A stretch of 64,000 bases of DNA from Phoronis australis. Taxonomy: Eukaryota > Animalia > Phoronida. A program made the position numbers and the translations under genes. Positions 37,284 through 49,874 of the stretch are shown here, piece after piece. The stretch spans positions 134,542 to 198,541 of the forward strand of contig NMRA01000331.1 of the NCBI GenBank assembly GCA_002633005.1, read 5' to 3'. Below the pieces are notes generated by a model. The model did no database searches. It was not told the origin of the DNA and was given only the letters and a program-made list of their open reading frames with translations. How positions within the stretch are numbered: the stretch's first letter is position 1; every line of letters begins with the position of its first letter.

Positions 37284-38916
37284 CAGTGGCGGATCTACGT
37301 TTTCAGCAAGGGGGGATTTAGGATTCCCGCCAAGGTCGAATCCTAGGCGCGTGGCACCGAGCGGGGGGAGGTCGGGAGGGGGGTTTCCCCTCCCGTGTAA
37401 GATATTTTTTTTTTGTTTTTGTAGCCAAATAGTGAAATTTCCATGCATCCTGGTAAGTTTCTGGCACTTAACATGTCTCTGGAGTTTTTCTTAAGATAAT
37501 TAAAAACTCTTCTCGATTTCGTCACATGAACTTGGCACATAAGTTTCGTGAAACCGTATTGTGCACATCTGGGTATGAGTCACGCCACAAGCAAAAATTT
37601 TTGTTGGAACATCTGCTTACACACACCTTTTTTAGCATACAAAAGTCGTATACGAAAAAGTGTGGTGTGCATACAGGGATTAAGACAATTTCCAAATATT
37701 CAAGAGCATCGACGGGGCGTAAAAACTTGAATATCCGATGATCGCGTAACAGCAGCCTCAAGTTGTTTAAGAATGAAGACCTGTACTGTTAGTCCGGAAA
37801 TAAACATGTGTTCTGTCTCGTTACGAGAAAAACTGGCGAACGATGGTGCTCTCAACTCATAGTCTATTATCAAAAGCGACAATAAATAATTAGGTATCAC
37901 TTTATTAAGCTGAATCACGTTGACAACAATTGAAAAACGNNNNNNNNNNNNNNNNNNNNNNNNNNNNNNNNNNNNNNNNNNNNNNNNNNNNNNNNNNNNN
38001 NNNNNNNNNNNNNNNNNNNNNNNNNNNNNNNNNNNNNNNNNNNNNNNNNNNNNNNNNNNNNNNNNNNNNNNNNNNNNNNNNNNNNNNNNNNNNNNNNNNN
38101 NNNNNNNNNNNNNNNNNNNNNNNNNNNNNNNNNNNNNNNNNNNNNNNNNNNNNNNAACATCGCACGAGTCCCGCAAGACTTTGTTGTGAAAGAACAGCCT
38201 CCCCGCAATTTCTGGTACTGTACACTTTTCGCGAATGCGGTCACTTTCTCAATGTGAGTGCCCCCTTGGTCATTCCTTGTATAGACATAACTTGTTATAG
38301 AGTGTGCCTTAAAACGGACTCGCGACCAGACCATGGCGCCCGCCACAATAGCAATTCTTCGGAAAAAGAATTTTTTTCAAAAATATTACATGTACATGTA
38401 CACAATATTACATGTACATGTACATGTACACTGCATGATATTGCGCAAGACAACTTTTACTATACATCAGTAACAAACGTGTGGAGTGTAATAGAATGAC
38501 ACGGCATAACAGATGAGGTAAAAACGTTGCACGTCAATTCGCCTGAATATCAGGGTTGCGGCACCGCAGTATTTCCCCTAATCAAATCAAAACATATCTT
38601 AGAGTAAAGAAGCTAGTTACCTAAAGAAATCAGCTATAGAACTGCTCTTTCAGCGGTGAATCCATCTAAACTGCTAGGCTACTTCAGTAGTGTCGACGGA
38701 AGCGCGCGCACAATAAATCCCAGCGCGTTTTGCCGATGAGCCAGACTCAGCAATTCACAATGCAAAAAACTATATTTTCAGAGTGAACCCCCCCCCTCTC
38801 AATTTTTTCCAAGTTCGTTTACTTGGGGTTTACACACGCTGGCGGTGCCGTTTTTGTTTTGCTGGAGACGCTTTTGTTTTTTTTTTAATTTTTGGGTCCT
38901 GGCCCGAGGTTCTCTG
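37284..38916 (+). mobile_element. hAT-like non-autonomous element (copy 2) inserted in LINE ORF1, apparent 6-bp TSD
   Basis: Starts CAGTGGCGGATCTAC and ends ...CTG with most of the right TIR missing; CCGCAT flanks both sides (37278-37283, 38917-38922). Spans an assembly gap. Confidence 0.7.
37940..38155. other. Assembly gap (N run)
   Basis: Run of n characters. Confidence 1.
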
Positions 38917-40559
38917 CCGCATGGTTCAGATTTACCCTTTGAAAAACAATGACTTGTGTATTATCGCATCAGGCGAAGCCAACATAACCTGACCTTTACA
39001 TGAAGTTGTGTATCGTGGGCTTGTTCTCAGAGGTGACCTTACTGGACTGCACCAGACTGAATGCTCGACAGGGGGATACCAGACCTCCTTTGGTCAAATT
39101 TGCTGTTGAGCCACTGGCTCAAAAAATTCTAGTGCTGCGGAACAAGCAAAAATTAAAGAGCACATCTTTGTAGGAGCAAATCTCACACCTACAGGTTAAT
39201 TGAAATAAATTTCAAAACAATCATTGAAACTCTGCCGAACAACAAGGAATTCCAGATCCGCTCAAGTGGTTGAAGAGTGAGAGTCGCCACAGGTGAGGAG
39301 GTTGACCGGGAAACAAAACAATTCGTGGTGCAGAATAGGACATTCTTTTGGGAATTTGCGAGGCCAAAGCCTACATTATAGGGGTGGTAGAAAGTCATTT
39401 ACATGCAAATGAATCAATTACTTTGCCCAGTTATTGTACGTACCGACACAATAGGCAGCTTATAAACAAGCAGGCCCGAAGAGGTTTACGCGGAGTGGAA
39501 ATATTTGTTAAGAATTATTAGTTTAAAACATTTAAAATCTATATTGTTGATAAGTCGTATTATGGTACATTAGCTTTAAGATTAACTCACATACGCTCAG
39601 ATTATTGTATTATTGTATTTTGTTGCTATTTACCACCTGAGAATTCATCAAGGGGTTGAGATGCCCATAGTTTTTATAGTCATCTATTATGCCAGTTATA
39701 TATACTTGTAGATGTAGAAGATGACGATATTATTTGTGGAGATTTAAACTCGAGAGTGGGTAAATTGAATGATTACATTCCAGGTGTTGATTGTCAAGTA
39801 AATAAACGAGTCGTAATAGATGAAGCTGTAAATGGTTGTGGTAGAAGTTTGATTGACTTGTTGTTTGGCTCTGAAACTTGCATAGCGAATGGTAGGAAAG
39901 GGATAAGTAAAGATAACTTGACCACAATAAGTCATAGAGGAAGAGCTGTTGTAGACTACATTATTGCCCACATGAGTCGCTTCAGTCTTGTCTTAAATTT
40001 GAAGTCCATGCTTGTAGAAATGTAATTCACAAACAATATTTATATGGGCTATTGTCGGAAAAGCCAAAATCGCCTGACCATTATTGTTAGAAATTATGCT
40101 ACACGTTCCAGTGAATATCATTGAAGAAAATGTAGAGGATCACAGTAAGGAGAACTCTTTTGATATGTGACTCAGAAAGCGGTTCAAATTAAATCCCACG
40201 TCTTGAGAATTCATGCATAATGAGATTTTTAAAAGGGCGATTAGAGAGTTGCTTTTAATGGTAGAAAATGAGTATCGAAGACAATATGAAGTCGATGAGA
40301 TTTCTAACGCCCTTTACGAAATCTTAGAAACAAAAATGAAATTGCATTTAAGATGTACTCAAAGTTGCAACAAAAATCTGAAGAAAAAAGTTTTAAGGCA
40401 AACAAGCCCTTTTGGAATGATGAATTAACGCAACTTTGGAAAATTGTGGCCAAAAAAGAAAAAAATATTCTTCAAAGAAAAAATACTAAACGACGAAGGG
40501 ACCGACTATATGAATACAAGGACTCTAGATATTCTTTTGACAAAAGATTCGGGTTTTTA

Positions 40560-41409
40560 AACAAGAGCAGCACGGAGCGTTGAAATGCATCCACGAATGC
40601 ATCGCAAATGATGAGCTTTTAGGGTTGTTAAGTTGTGTCATAAAAATGGCAACTAAATGGCGCTAAAACGTACAATCCATCCAAAAACTGGAACATGCCA
40701 TATTTCATAAAAATCTGAAAAGGAAATTTAGAGAAACAAAGGAAAAACAGAAAAAGATGAAATTGCCAGTTGTGGGCACAGCGTCCGTTCCATCCGCCTG
40801 AAATCATCGCCTGTTGTCTTCATATAAATCCACTTACTAAATTCAATAAAGATCCTGCAGTGGGTTTTGGAGATACAGCTATGGGCGCAAACCAAAACAA
40901 AACCACCACTAGGAGGGGCCACAGTAGTCAGCGGCCATCATCAAACGTCCTCCTCACACTGAAAACATAAGCGCCAATTTTCAAAACCATCACTAGAATG
41001 ATTTGGTTGATCGAGGGTAGACGCCAAAAACAAGATTTGAAAACAGTAAAAATGGCCACGAGGTTGCGCAAACTATGTCAAATCGGGAGGACGGCGTGAC
41101 CTCACAAATAGGTGCCTATATACCAAATTTTATGAAAATCTGTTCAGGACTTTCGAAGATACAGAGGTAAACGTAAAAAAAACTAAAATTGCCACTAGGG
41201 GGCACACCGGTAGTCGGATCCGTCCGAAAGATCGCTCATGCCGTTCCATTAACGGAAGGAACTCATGTGCAAAATTTCATGAACATACGTCAAGGCGTTT
41301 TGGAGATAGAGCAGCGGACGCCAGACGCCGCACGGACGGACGCCGCACGGACGGACGGACGGACGGACGGACGGCAGAATGCGTCCACATATAAATATGT
41401 GGGCGCATA
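40560..41409 (+). mobile_element. Helentron-associated (HINE-like) element inserted in LINE ORF2
   Basis: Starts AACAAGAG. The 5' motif AATGCATCCAC recurs in the 3' hairpin ATGCGTCCACATATAAATATGTGGGCGCAT (41379-41408), which follows a (GGAC)n tract. Inserted in an A-run; the LINE reading resumes on the far side. Confidence 0.8.
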
Positions 41410-41725
41410 AAAAGCAGCATTTGAAGAATAAATTAACACTGATTGAAGAGTCATATGAAAATGACCCCAATGATTAGGTTTTTGGAACTTAAGAACTTAG
41501 GTCCTCAACTCAAGAAGAGACATGAAAATACTATTCCCTCGGAAAGATGGGAGGACGATTTTAGCGATTTGTTTGCGAAAATTTCAATGGCTGGAAACTA
41601 AAACGTGGAAGATTTGGAGAAAGCAATGCAAAATTCTGAATTCCTGGGTCATGTTAAAGAAATATTGGCAAAAAATTTTCGTTTGTTGAAGTGTATTCTC
41701 ATATTCGGAAACTAAAATCAGTTAA

Positions 41726-42395
41726 GAGTGAAGTACGGCTCACAGCAGGCAAAAATACCCAGAGGGGTGATAAACCCAATGTCACCGATTTGAACCATAC
41801 TATGCATTTTAGTTACCTTTGGGATGATAAACAAAACAGTGAAGTCCAATCTCATTTTACCATGTTTAAGTGGGAGAAATCAGGGAGCCTCTATTTTGGG
41901 GGTAAGCCATGCAATGAACTCGCCGAAAATGCCTTATTTGCACTGCACAATAAAAAATATCGGCGCACGAGATCATTATTTGTTTGTAATTTTTAAATAA
42001 AGCAAGTCTTCGACTTTATAAATATGTTAAACAATACTCATTTACTCTGCCGCTAAGNGCGGCTCTAAAAACAGACAAAAAATTATCGAAATCTTTTAAA
42101 TTTTCATGAATAAAGTAGTCGAAGGTCACACCTGATCAGTAACACAGGTTCAATATTTCAACGTTACCTCCACTGCGTAACGTAACTGTCGGAATTTTAC
42201 TAAAACTTAACTGCCGCCAGGCTGAAAACTTGTCGGAAACAAATAGTATCCATGGAAACCAAAAGGGGGCGTTTTGAAAAAAAATGAAGGTGGTCTGGAG
42301 TCAGTGGGGCCAGTGTCATCTCACAGACAAAATATAAAGAGAATCTGTGACATGGCGTTTATCACCCTCTGCCTGGTCCATTCGCGAACATGCTC
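41726..42395. mobile_element. TTAA-flanked 670-bp insertion with GAG...CTC ends (Kolobok- or Sola3-like; unresolved)
   Basis: TTAA at 41722-41725 and 42396-42399. Removing it restores the LINE RT-proximal motif RKLKSVKATG in frame. Confidence 0.75.
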
Positions 42396-45004
42396 TTAAG
42401 GCCACTGGTAGACGGGACCCCATACGAAGTGCTGAGATCTCCGGAGATGATTAATATTTTGGTCTCGCTCTTTCAGGAGGTCTTTGACACCGGATTTATT
42501 CCATAACTGTGGTATAAAGCGAATATCACCCTTATACCGAAAGGACCAGATAGAGATTTGAATTTACCTTTCAGCTACAGAGGCATAAGTCTGCTCTCTA
42601 TCATGAGTAAAAGTGTGTTGTAATGTACTAAACGGGGGACTAGCCGAGTTTCTGAATGTCGAGCGAAACTTGTCTTGATCACGTGTTTACTCCCACATTT
42701 TTATTAGCAAAATTAATTAATTTAGGAGTGGTTGGAAATTCTACCATTAGTTAAAATCGCTGTATGCGCAGACGGAATTGTTATATATATCAGGATCAGG
42801 GAAGCTCCATAAAATCTCAGCCAATCGCTAAACACGGTGTCAAACTCACAAACACGAACGACCCATGTAGTAGTAGTAATACACTTTTTTCACGTTAAGA
42901 CAAAAAGTACAATTGATACGAATTTACGCTTATGGAGACTCCTTGAAGGACCCGAAGTGTCCGCTAACCACGGAGCCACAAGAGAATAAAAATACAGTGT
43001 AACAGATAACCAGAATTACAAAATTAGGTGATAATGTAATTTAAAACTACTTGTTAATAGACTAGGAGAGATTATCGAAAATACACACAAAGCAGTTGGG
43101 AATAGTGCACTCAAGTTCATAACTTTCAAAACAAATGTTCTTAAAATAATTTGTAACAGAGGATAGCGAATGGGTAATTTGTATTCAGGATCAGGGACGC
43201 TTAATACAATCACAACTAATCGCTAAACACGGTGTCAAACTCACAAACACGATCCTTGCACTCAAAACGTTTTGAAAAGGAGCTAAGAAAACGTGGTGCA
43301 CGGACCCCCCTGCCGTGTTAGTAGGGTTAGTGGTTTGTGAGTCCTGTTTATAAGTAATGAATTACTGTAATTATCTAATGAGTGCGGCAGCCGTGGTCAT
43401 CAGTCGCATACAACAAACATAAATCGCAATCACATGGAGGTAGACAAGGACGAATAAGTAGAGCTGCTAAAAATCGTGTAACACGCTGTAGCAGCTTTAT
43501 GTTGACTACATTTATTTGTGTTTTGTGTGCAAATGCACTCCAACATCATTATGGCCATTTGCCGTAGTAAAGTCTGTAGCATTTTCGCATGTTGTCTAGG
43601 TTTGAAAAGAACTAGGAGCTCGTTATTTCATCAGACCAGACTCGTTAAGTTTTCACGGTGCGTTAGTTGCAGCCACCGAAGCAGCATGGCCGTCAAAAAA
43701 TAACATGCGTTTTATTGCAGTTTATTTCATTCAAATGCAGGATAGGAAACCAATATCGTTGTTTTAGAAGCGCAAAATGTGGCTCTTAAGAAATTTTGTG
43801 ACACCAGAATGGTATATAGCTACGCGCTAAAGCTAATATGGCGCTACTTGTAAAGTATTCACCAATCAACCAGTTGTCGATTACATAGAGACTGCCACAA
43901 ACAGATTTGAATATACAGTGTTTAGCTAAATTTGTTGTCGAAATGACGTCACTGGATGAGCTTCCTTTTAAGAAACAATACCATTAAGTCAGCTGTCGCT
44001 TTCAAATTTAAAGAAATTTGTCCTTCAGGAGTAGAAATTTTCAAGACATCCCGTTTTCAGTTCTTCGCCATGGGTTTATACCTTTAAAGCGAGTTCATAG
44101 ATCATAGGTCTGCCCCAATGACAGTGGCACTGAGAAAACAGGAGAGAGTTCAGTACAAAAATAACTATTGCCTGCGTTGTCCATCTTCCACTAGTTCCGC
44201 TTATAAATTACAAGGCATAAGCATTTTAAAGATCAATAATTCATTTTTATCTGAAAGCCGTAGAATATCTGAAAAACAGTACGTCAAATGTCAAAAACAT
44301 TGTGGACCTTGCGATATCAATCAATGATTTATTAACATTGTTTTCACTAAAACGTCATTATGGCTTCTACTTGCTTGTGTGTGTGATTGCGTGTGCTTGC
44401 ACGTGGGTGCGTGTGTGTGAGAATATGTGACAATGCAGAAAAATAAACGGCGAATTGCGTTTATTTAACACTCGCATCTTGGAGATAAGTTTAAATTTCG
44501 AAAAATAACCTATCAGGCACTGATTACCTCCTTGGACTCCGAAAGGCAATGAATGCATTGATTTCATAATAATTCTAGTTCTCTAATGCACTAACCTAAA
44601 ACGATATACAATAAAGGAACCAAAGGCAACACGAAAAGAAATTCTGTTCTTCCTGTTTTACACGTAAACATTGGAAACTAGCGATGGTTGGTCACCATTA
44701 AACCCTTAATTCAACGAGAAAACGGTCAACGAAATCGAAAGGGGAATCGGTAACTTTTAGTGAGGACATTCAAACTGACAAGGGTACATTTTTTCAAATT
44801 TCTTTAACAATCAAATGTAAGAAGTTAAAGCCTTCCTCCAGTAGCTTAGCAATACTATGGAAAATTTTATGATTTATAACGGTGAATCCACAGGTGGAAA
44901 TGTACAATAAAACCTTTCCATACAAAGATGCAGGCTTAAATTAACAAGTTTTTTCACCTGAACTATTACAAATATACCTCACAACATAAGCATTACTGTA
45001 CAAA

Positions 45005-45190
45005 CTTGTCTACAAATCATGTACTTGTCCACAAATCATGTACTTGTCCACAAATCATGTACTTGTCCACAAATCATGTACTTGTCCACAAATCATGTAC
45101 TTGTCCACAAATCGTGTACTTGTCTACAAATCGTGTACTTGTCTACAAATCATATATTTGTCTACAAATCATATATTTGTCCACAAATCC
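45005..45190. repeat. 19-bp minisatellite (CTTGTCCACAAATCATGTA), ~10 units
   Basis: Seen directly; units diverge toward the 3' end. Confidence 0.95.
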
Positions 45191-45212
45191 TATATTATGC
45201 ATCGAAGATTAA

Positions 45213-46225
45213 AGGGACGCAATCAGCTCTACAACCGAACAACATTTTGGGTTATTTTGGGTAGGATTGACTTCTTGAAGTCCATAGCTTTGAAATGTAA
45301 AACGGAAAAAACTGTTGTGTTTTGAGATCTTGTTACAAATCGAATTTCGCTTACAAAGGCTGCCAGTCAAAGTTAAGCAAAATGAAGGCGTTGACATCAT
45401 CACATGTTCCGTTGCTTTTCAAAAACACTTTGAGGTTTACGCTTAACTTAAAGCACAGAAGCAGTAGTATCAGGCTAATTCTTGAAGGCGTGAGAGGAAA
45501 GCTATGAAGCGCCAAAGGGTTCTTAACTGAATACTTTTCAGCATGTTAAAATGTGCTTAATCAACGCGTAGTTTTGCTTAATCAAAGCACTGAATTAGTT
45601 CTTAAACAATCATCATTATGTTCTTATTCAACGCTTACTTTTGCCTAAAGCCTATGAAGTGCATTGGTTGAGCAAAACTACGCGTTGATCAAACAACTAC
45701 GCGTGTGTTGATTAAGCCCATTTCAACGCGCTAAACGGTACCCGTTAAAGAACTCTTTGGCGCCTTACAAGATGTTGCAAACCCACCCGGCTAGGTACTT
45801 CTGAAAATGTTTAACTCAACTTGCACCGCCGGCAGTTATGCGTCCGGTTTCATCGTTACCAAATGGTCAGTCCAGAGATATTACTCCGTTAATATGCTTC
45901 GTTTCTCCCCCTCTTTTTCTCACACTAACTCAGAAAATTAACCCTTTTGCCTTTTTTCACGTTGACCTTGATTAGAACTAAGCAACGCCTGCGTCGGCCA
46001 TTTTCACAGTCCCCTGCAGCGAAACAGCATTTACGGTCGCCGGCTTTATTTCGGTTAACCCTGACTAAAAACCTTTGTTAGATTAGATTTATAATACAAT
46101 CATAAAAAACAAAATACTTTGCTGTTTTATAGCTTTGCTCAAAGTTTATGACTTCAAGAAGTCAATCTCACTCAAAAATAACCCCTAAAACCCGTTTTTC
46201 CGGCCATAAAATCGATTATGTAATA
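45213..46225 (+). mobile_element. Kolobok-like MITE (TTAA-AGGGAC start) with a nested MITE
   Basis: TTAA at 45209-45212; 45240-45330 is an inverted match to ~46100-46190. The right terminus is decayed. A relative lies at ~63110-63620. Confidence 0.6.
45505..45767. mobile_element. Short MITE with TCAACGCGT subrepeats (same family as 9833-11478)
   Basis: Termini TGAAGCGCCAAAGGGTTCTTAAC / GTTAAAGAACTCTTTGGCGCCTTA. Confidence 0.7.
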
Positions 46226-47195
46226 ACGGTTTCTTCACTCTCCTCGAACTCTAGGTTCTCATTCGGCTCCGGTTGGATTCTCAACTCAGTGCAATTCTCA
46301 GCGGTACAGGTTTAGGCGAAATGCAAAGTATTCAGATTTGTGTGACAGTCCTGAAGCTCCACACACTTTGTACAGGTGTCACACTTAATCAACTATAAAA
46401 AAGCTTGTGAGCCTGATTTTGTATTTGTGAATTAACGTGCTTAATTAAATGTCGTGGTTTTGGGGTTTTGATTTCGACAGCAATCAGTGGACTTTTTTAA
46501 AGTTACACAACAGCTGTTGAGTCTAGTGCCATGCAACTTTCATTGATAGCAAGTAACGTTTTACAAGAGGTACATTAAATACGTAAATACCTGTATGGAC
46601 AAAGTGCCGCGTCTATATCATCAAAAGTTCAGATGAATTTTAAGCTATTCATATGCAGAAACTCATAACCTCACAAACTGTTTTAAATCAATTGACAATC
46701 TGCGCCATCTTTAATTGTGCGATCGCATCTTAACCCCACGTCGATGGTCTGCAAAACCATTGAGTCTTTTCACTGCGGCAAAACAGCGCCTCATAGCTAT
46801 ATTTTGTTAGAGTTATACAAATATGGTAGAAAAAATATTGGGGTCTGTCGATTCTTGTTTCCTATGTTTGGAATTGTGCTACCAATTTACATAAAAGATA
46901 GTATAATCGTTTGATTATTATATATATATATTATTAACTAATTATTACACTCTAAACACGGTGTTCAAACACCGCAATTAGCCAGAAGTGTAATTTGTAT
47001 CATTCACCTGCGACCAGTGTGGCTAATTATGCGGTTTGTTTAAGATTCTCAACAGTACTCTCTTGAGAGTGTTACGCCACTGTATAACAAGGGAGAAAAA
47101 TAACAAAACATAAATAAACAAGGTGGACGTCTACTGCAGTATTGATTATTAAAGCACGGTCGTTGGGTGCCCAAAGAAGGGGACATTCCACTATG

Positions 47196-47570
47196 TTACA
47201 ACCGGAACCCTGCATGCTTACACACGAATATGTCAAGAGAAATTTCGTAGACTGGCAAGCTATTCCAGTCCACAGCAGTCCTCAGCAAAACGTCGTTTCT
47301 AAGGTCATTTTTCAAGTTTGGTATATTATAAGACGATTCTCTGGTATTTATACTAGGTCCAGTGATCAGGCTGATATCCGTTAGACATAGAACGACTACG
47401 TTAGTGTTGCTGTTGGACAACATTGCCCATCGAACAGCTCTGTATTTTCTCTTTTGCGGTGACATCGTTATGAGTTAGTGTATGGGTCTCAATACAGTGT
47501 GTATTGTTAGTTGGGTCAATCCATAGCTTCATATGCAAACTCCTTGTACTCCAGCTGCTTGGCATCGAAG
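47196..47570 (-). pseudogene. CR1-type LINE ORF2 3' relic
   Basis: Conceptual translation KEFAYEAM...DPYT...RAVRW...RTAVDWNSLP matches the CR1 ORF2 C-terminal pattern. Confidence 0.6.
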
Positions 47571-47982
47571 GAAACTTAATTTTATTCGCTTTCGTTTAAA
47601 TATTATTCGTGTGTGAGGAACAGATGGGATTACGCATGACGGTAACGCCCACGACGATCACAACGACATAATGTTTACTGGAGCATATATTTTCCGCTAT
47701 GAAACACGATCAGCCACCAATAGGCCATTTCTGAAACTGTACAAAACATTTTAAGCCAGACTAAACTTTTTATCCGACCATCCGAGCCAGTCTCTGCATC
47801 TATATGAAACGGGTTGGGGAAGGCGGATCTGAAACAAGCCACGAACGATCCAAAACATCTCAGGTATTTTCGTACCCCAATTTGTTTTTTACTCAGACTG
47901 AACGACACTTGGTCGGTTTCCCGGCTTTCAAGATTATACTGAGAACTGACCTTAGCGTGATTTGGTGTATTTATATGCTACT

Positions 47983-48060
47983 GTCCTGAATTGAGCCGGA
48001 CGCCTTCCAATTGAAATAGTATAGTCCTGAATTGAGCCGGACGCCTTTCAATTGAAATAG
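47983..48060. repeat. Local tandem duplication, 41-bp period, 2 copies
   Basis: GTCCTGAATTGAGCCGGACGCCTTYCAATTGAAATAG occurs twice. Confidence 0.9.
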
Positions 48061-49874
48061 AGCGAAATTATGTGTTATTTGAAAGACAAGATTAACAATA
48101 AAACGCGTCAGAATTTTTTCAAGTAGTCTCAACGGGTGCATAACGGTAAATGTGCTTACAATGAAACATAGGCATACAGCCCCTCCCGTCCCCATAACAC
48201 TCTTAATTACAATTCCATTATTACCAAATTATCTTTTATGTCGTTAAATGTGCTACAATAAAGGTCAACATGTCTCCGTGTGATTTTCTTGCTGCAACGT
48301 CGTCTAGTAATTGCTATCCCAATTGTTGTTCAGCCTAATTTGCAGCTGAAAATGCTTGGCATTCAATGATCTTAATGAGCCATCATGTTTAGTATAATGT
48401 GACTTCAGGAAATGTAGTGAAACTCCTATTGATTTCGTTAATTGCAATGGGGAGAAAATACTTAGTGTGCATCTGTTGATAACTCGAGGAATCGCTGAGT
48501 GTTGACTGTCTAATCAAGAAGCGAACAATTTTCTCATGCAATACACAGTGCAGTACGGACGGCTTGGTTCAGAATATAATATAATAATACCACGGGCCAG
48601 TGCACTACTCCGAGTATTGTCGGTGTAATGCATTGCATTGGAGTAGACTTCAGTGCAATTTGTCACAGTAAAATGCGACACATCGCACAATCCTTCCTAT
48701 CTTCATGTATCATGACACTAGCACTAACGGTAACGACGATAATGACAGTAATGAAGCCAGTGGAGTGATGGTGATAGTGATGGTAAACTTAAACTTATCA
48801 CTAAACAAACGGTAAACATAGTAGTGTGGTACAGGTAGTGGCGTACGGCGGCTGGAAAGACATTAGAATCTATTTTTGTAACTCGAGCCCCCGGCTTACA
48901 TTATATAACTCGAAGTCGAGCGCTCGAGTTACAGGTGGAGGACGACGTAGAAGTCGGGCGCTCGAGCTGTGAAAAAATAAAACCATCATGTCCTTTACCA
49001 GCCACGGTAGTCAGGTAATTACATGTATATGACAAGGACGGATAGATTCCAAAACATCGGACAATCCCTGTGCACCACGACAACCGCCGTGTCATTCAAC
49101 TTTATACAAGTCAACGTATAATCAATCCCCTCAGACATTTCAGAATGCAAAGGGTATTAGTAAAACCTTGTGATATTGAAAGGAGTTCATTTCCGGTAAA
49201 GCATGATTAAACTGGCCCGTAATTGGTTTAGTGAAAGATTACTCTTGTTTAGAGTCTACAAATGGGAGATCATCAGCTTGGGTTCTCAGTAATGACATGT
49301 CGATTTCACACGTGAACTGCATTTTGAATTCAGAAAATAAACTACTTGATTCTGATCTTCAAACTACAAGAAAACTCAAGCACAGGATTTTAATTAGAGT
49401 CTTAAAAGTCAAAATGAAACAGACGTGCGCAATGCAAGTGGGCAGTGGACCTGTACACGTTTTTATTATGTCAAGAATGACGAATTATGGGAATTCCCTC
49501 GTTCCCGGTGTGGAAATTTTGTCTGCTGCAAGGAAGGAAAACCACAATTCATTCAGCTGCGCACACTAGAAATGTCCGTCTGGTGGGCTACAAATAAAAA
49601 GGCTAGAGGAATACAAGACGAAGTGCGCACGACAAAGCTATGAGGACTTGCGTAGTTTTAGCTGAACTGAATCCTATGAACCGATACGCAGTCTCAAGTT
49701 TAAACGTAATAGTTTCAAGAAACTAAAGTATCACCATAGACGCAGGTCTGTTGTGTCACTTTCTAGAAATATGGTTTTAGCAATCTCACTTCTTGTAACC
49801 GTGATTTGGGTTACTTAGGAAGCGTTCCTGAATTGATTAAGGGTGGTGATACTATGCATGCTTGTATAAGACAT

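Larger units (their letters stand above)
37041..42660 (+). mobile_element. Decayed CR1/L2-type LINE (ORF1 + APE endonuclease + start of RT) interrupted by three insertions
   Basis: Coiled-coil ORF1 at 37041-37283 continues ~38920-39280 (RPPLVKF...KILVLRNKQKLK...SKSHTYRLIEINFKTI). APE motifs ~39390-40085 (VVESHL, CYLPPENS, IICGDLNSRVG, VVDYII, PDH); linker KPFWNDEL; RT start ~42400-42650 (LFQEVFDTG..W.KANITLIPKG...YRGISLLS). Many stops and frameshifts. Confidence 0.9.

Noticed and set aside
37700-38499. Long ORFs spanning X runs (also 55880-56195)
   Set aside because: Artefacts of translating through assembly gaps.
45006-45325. Three overlapping repeat ORFs
   Set aside because: Products of the 19-bp minisatellite.
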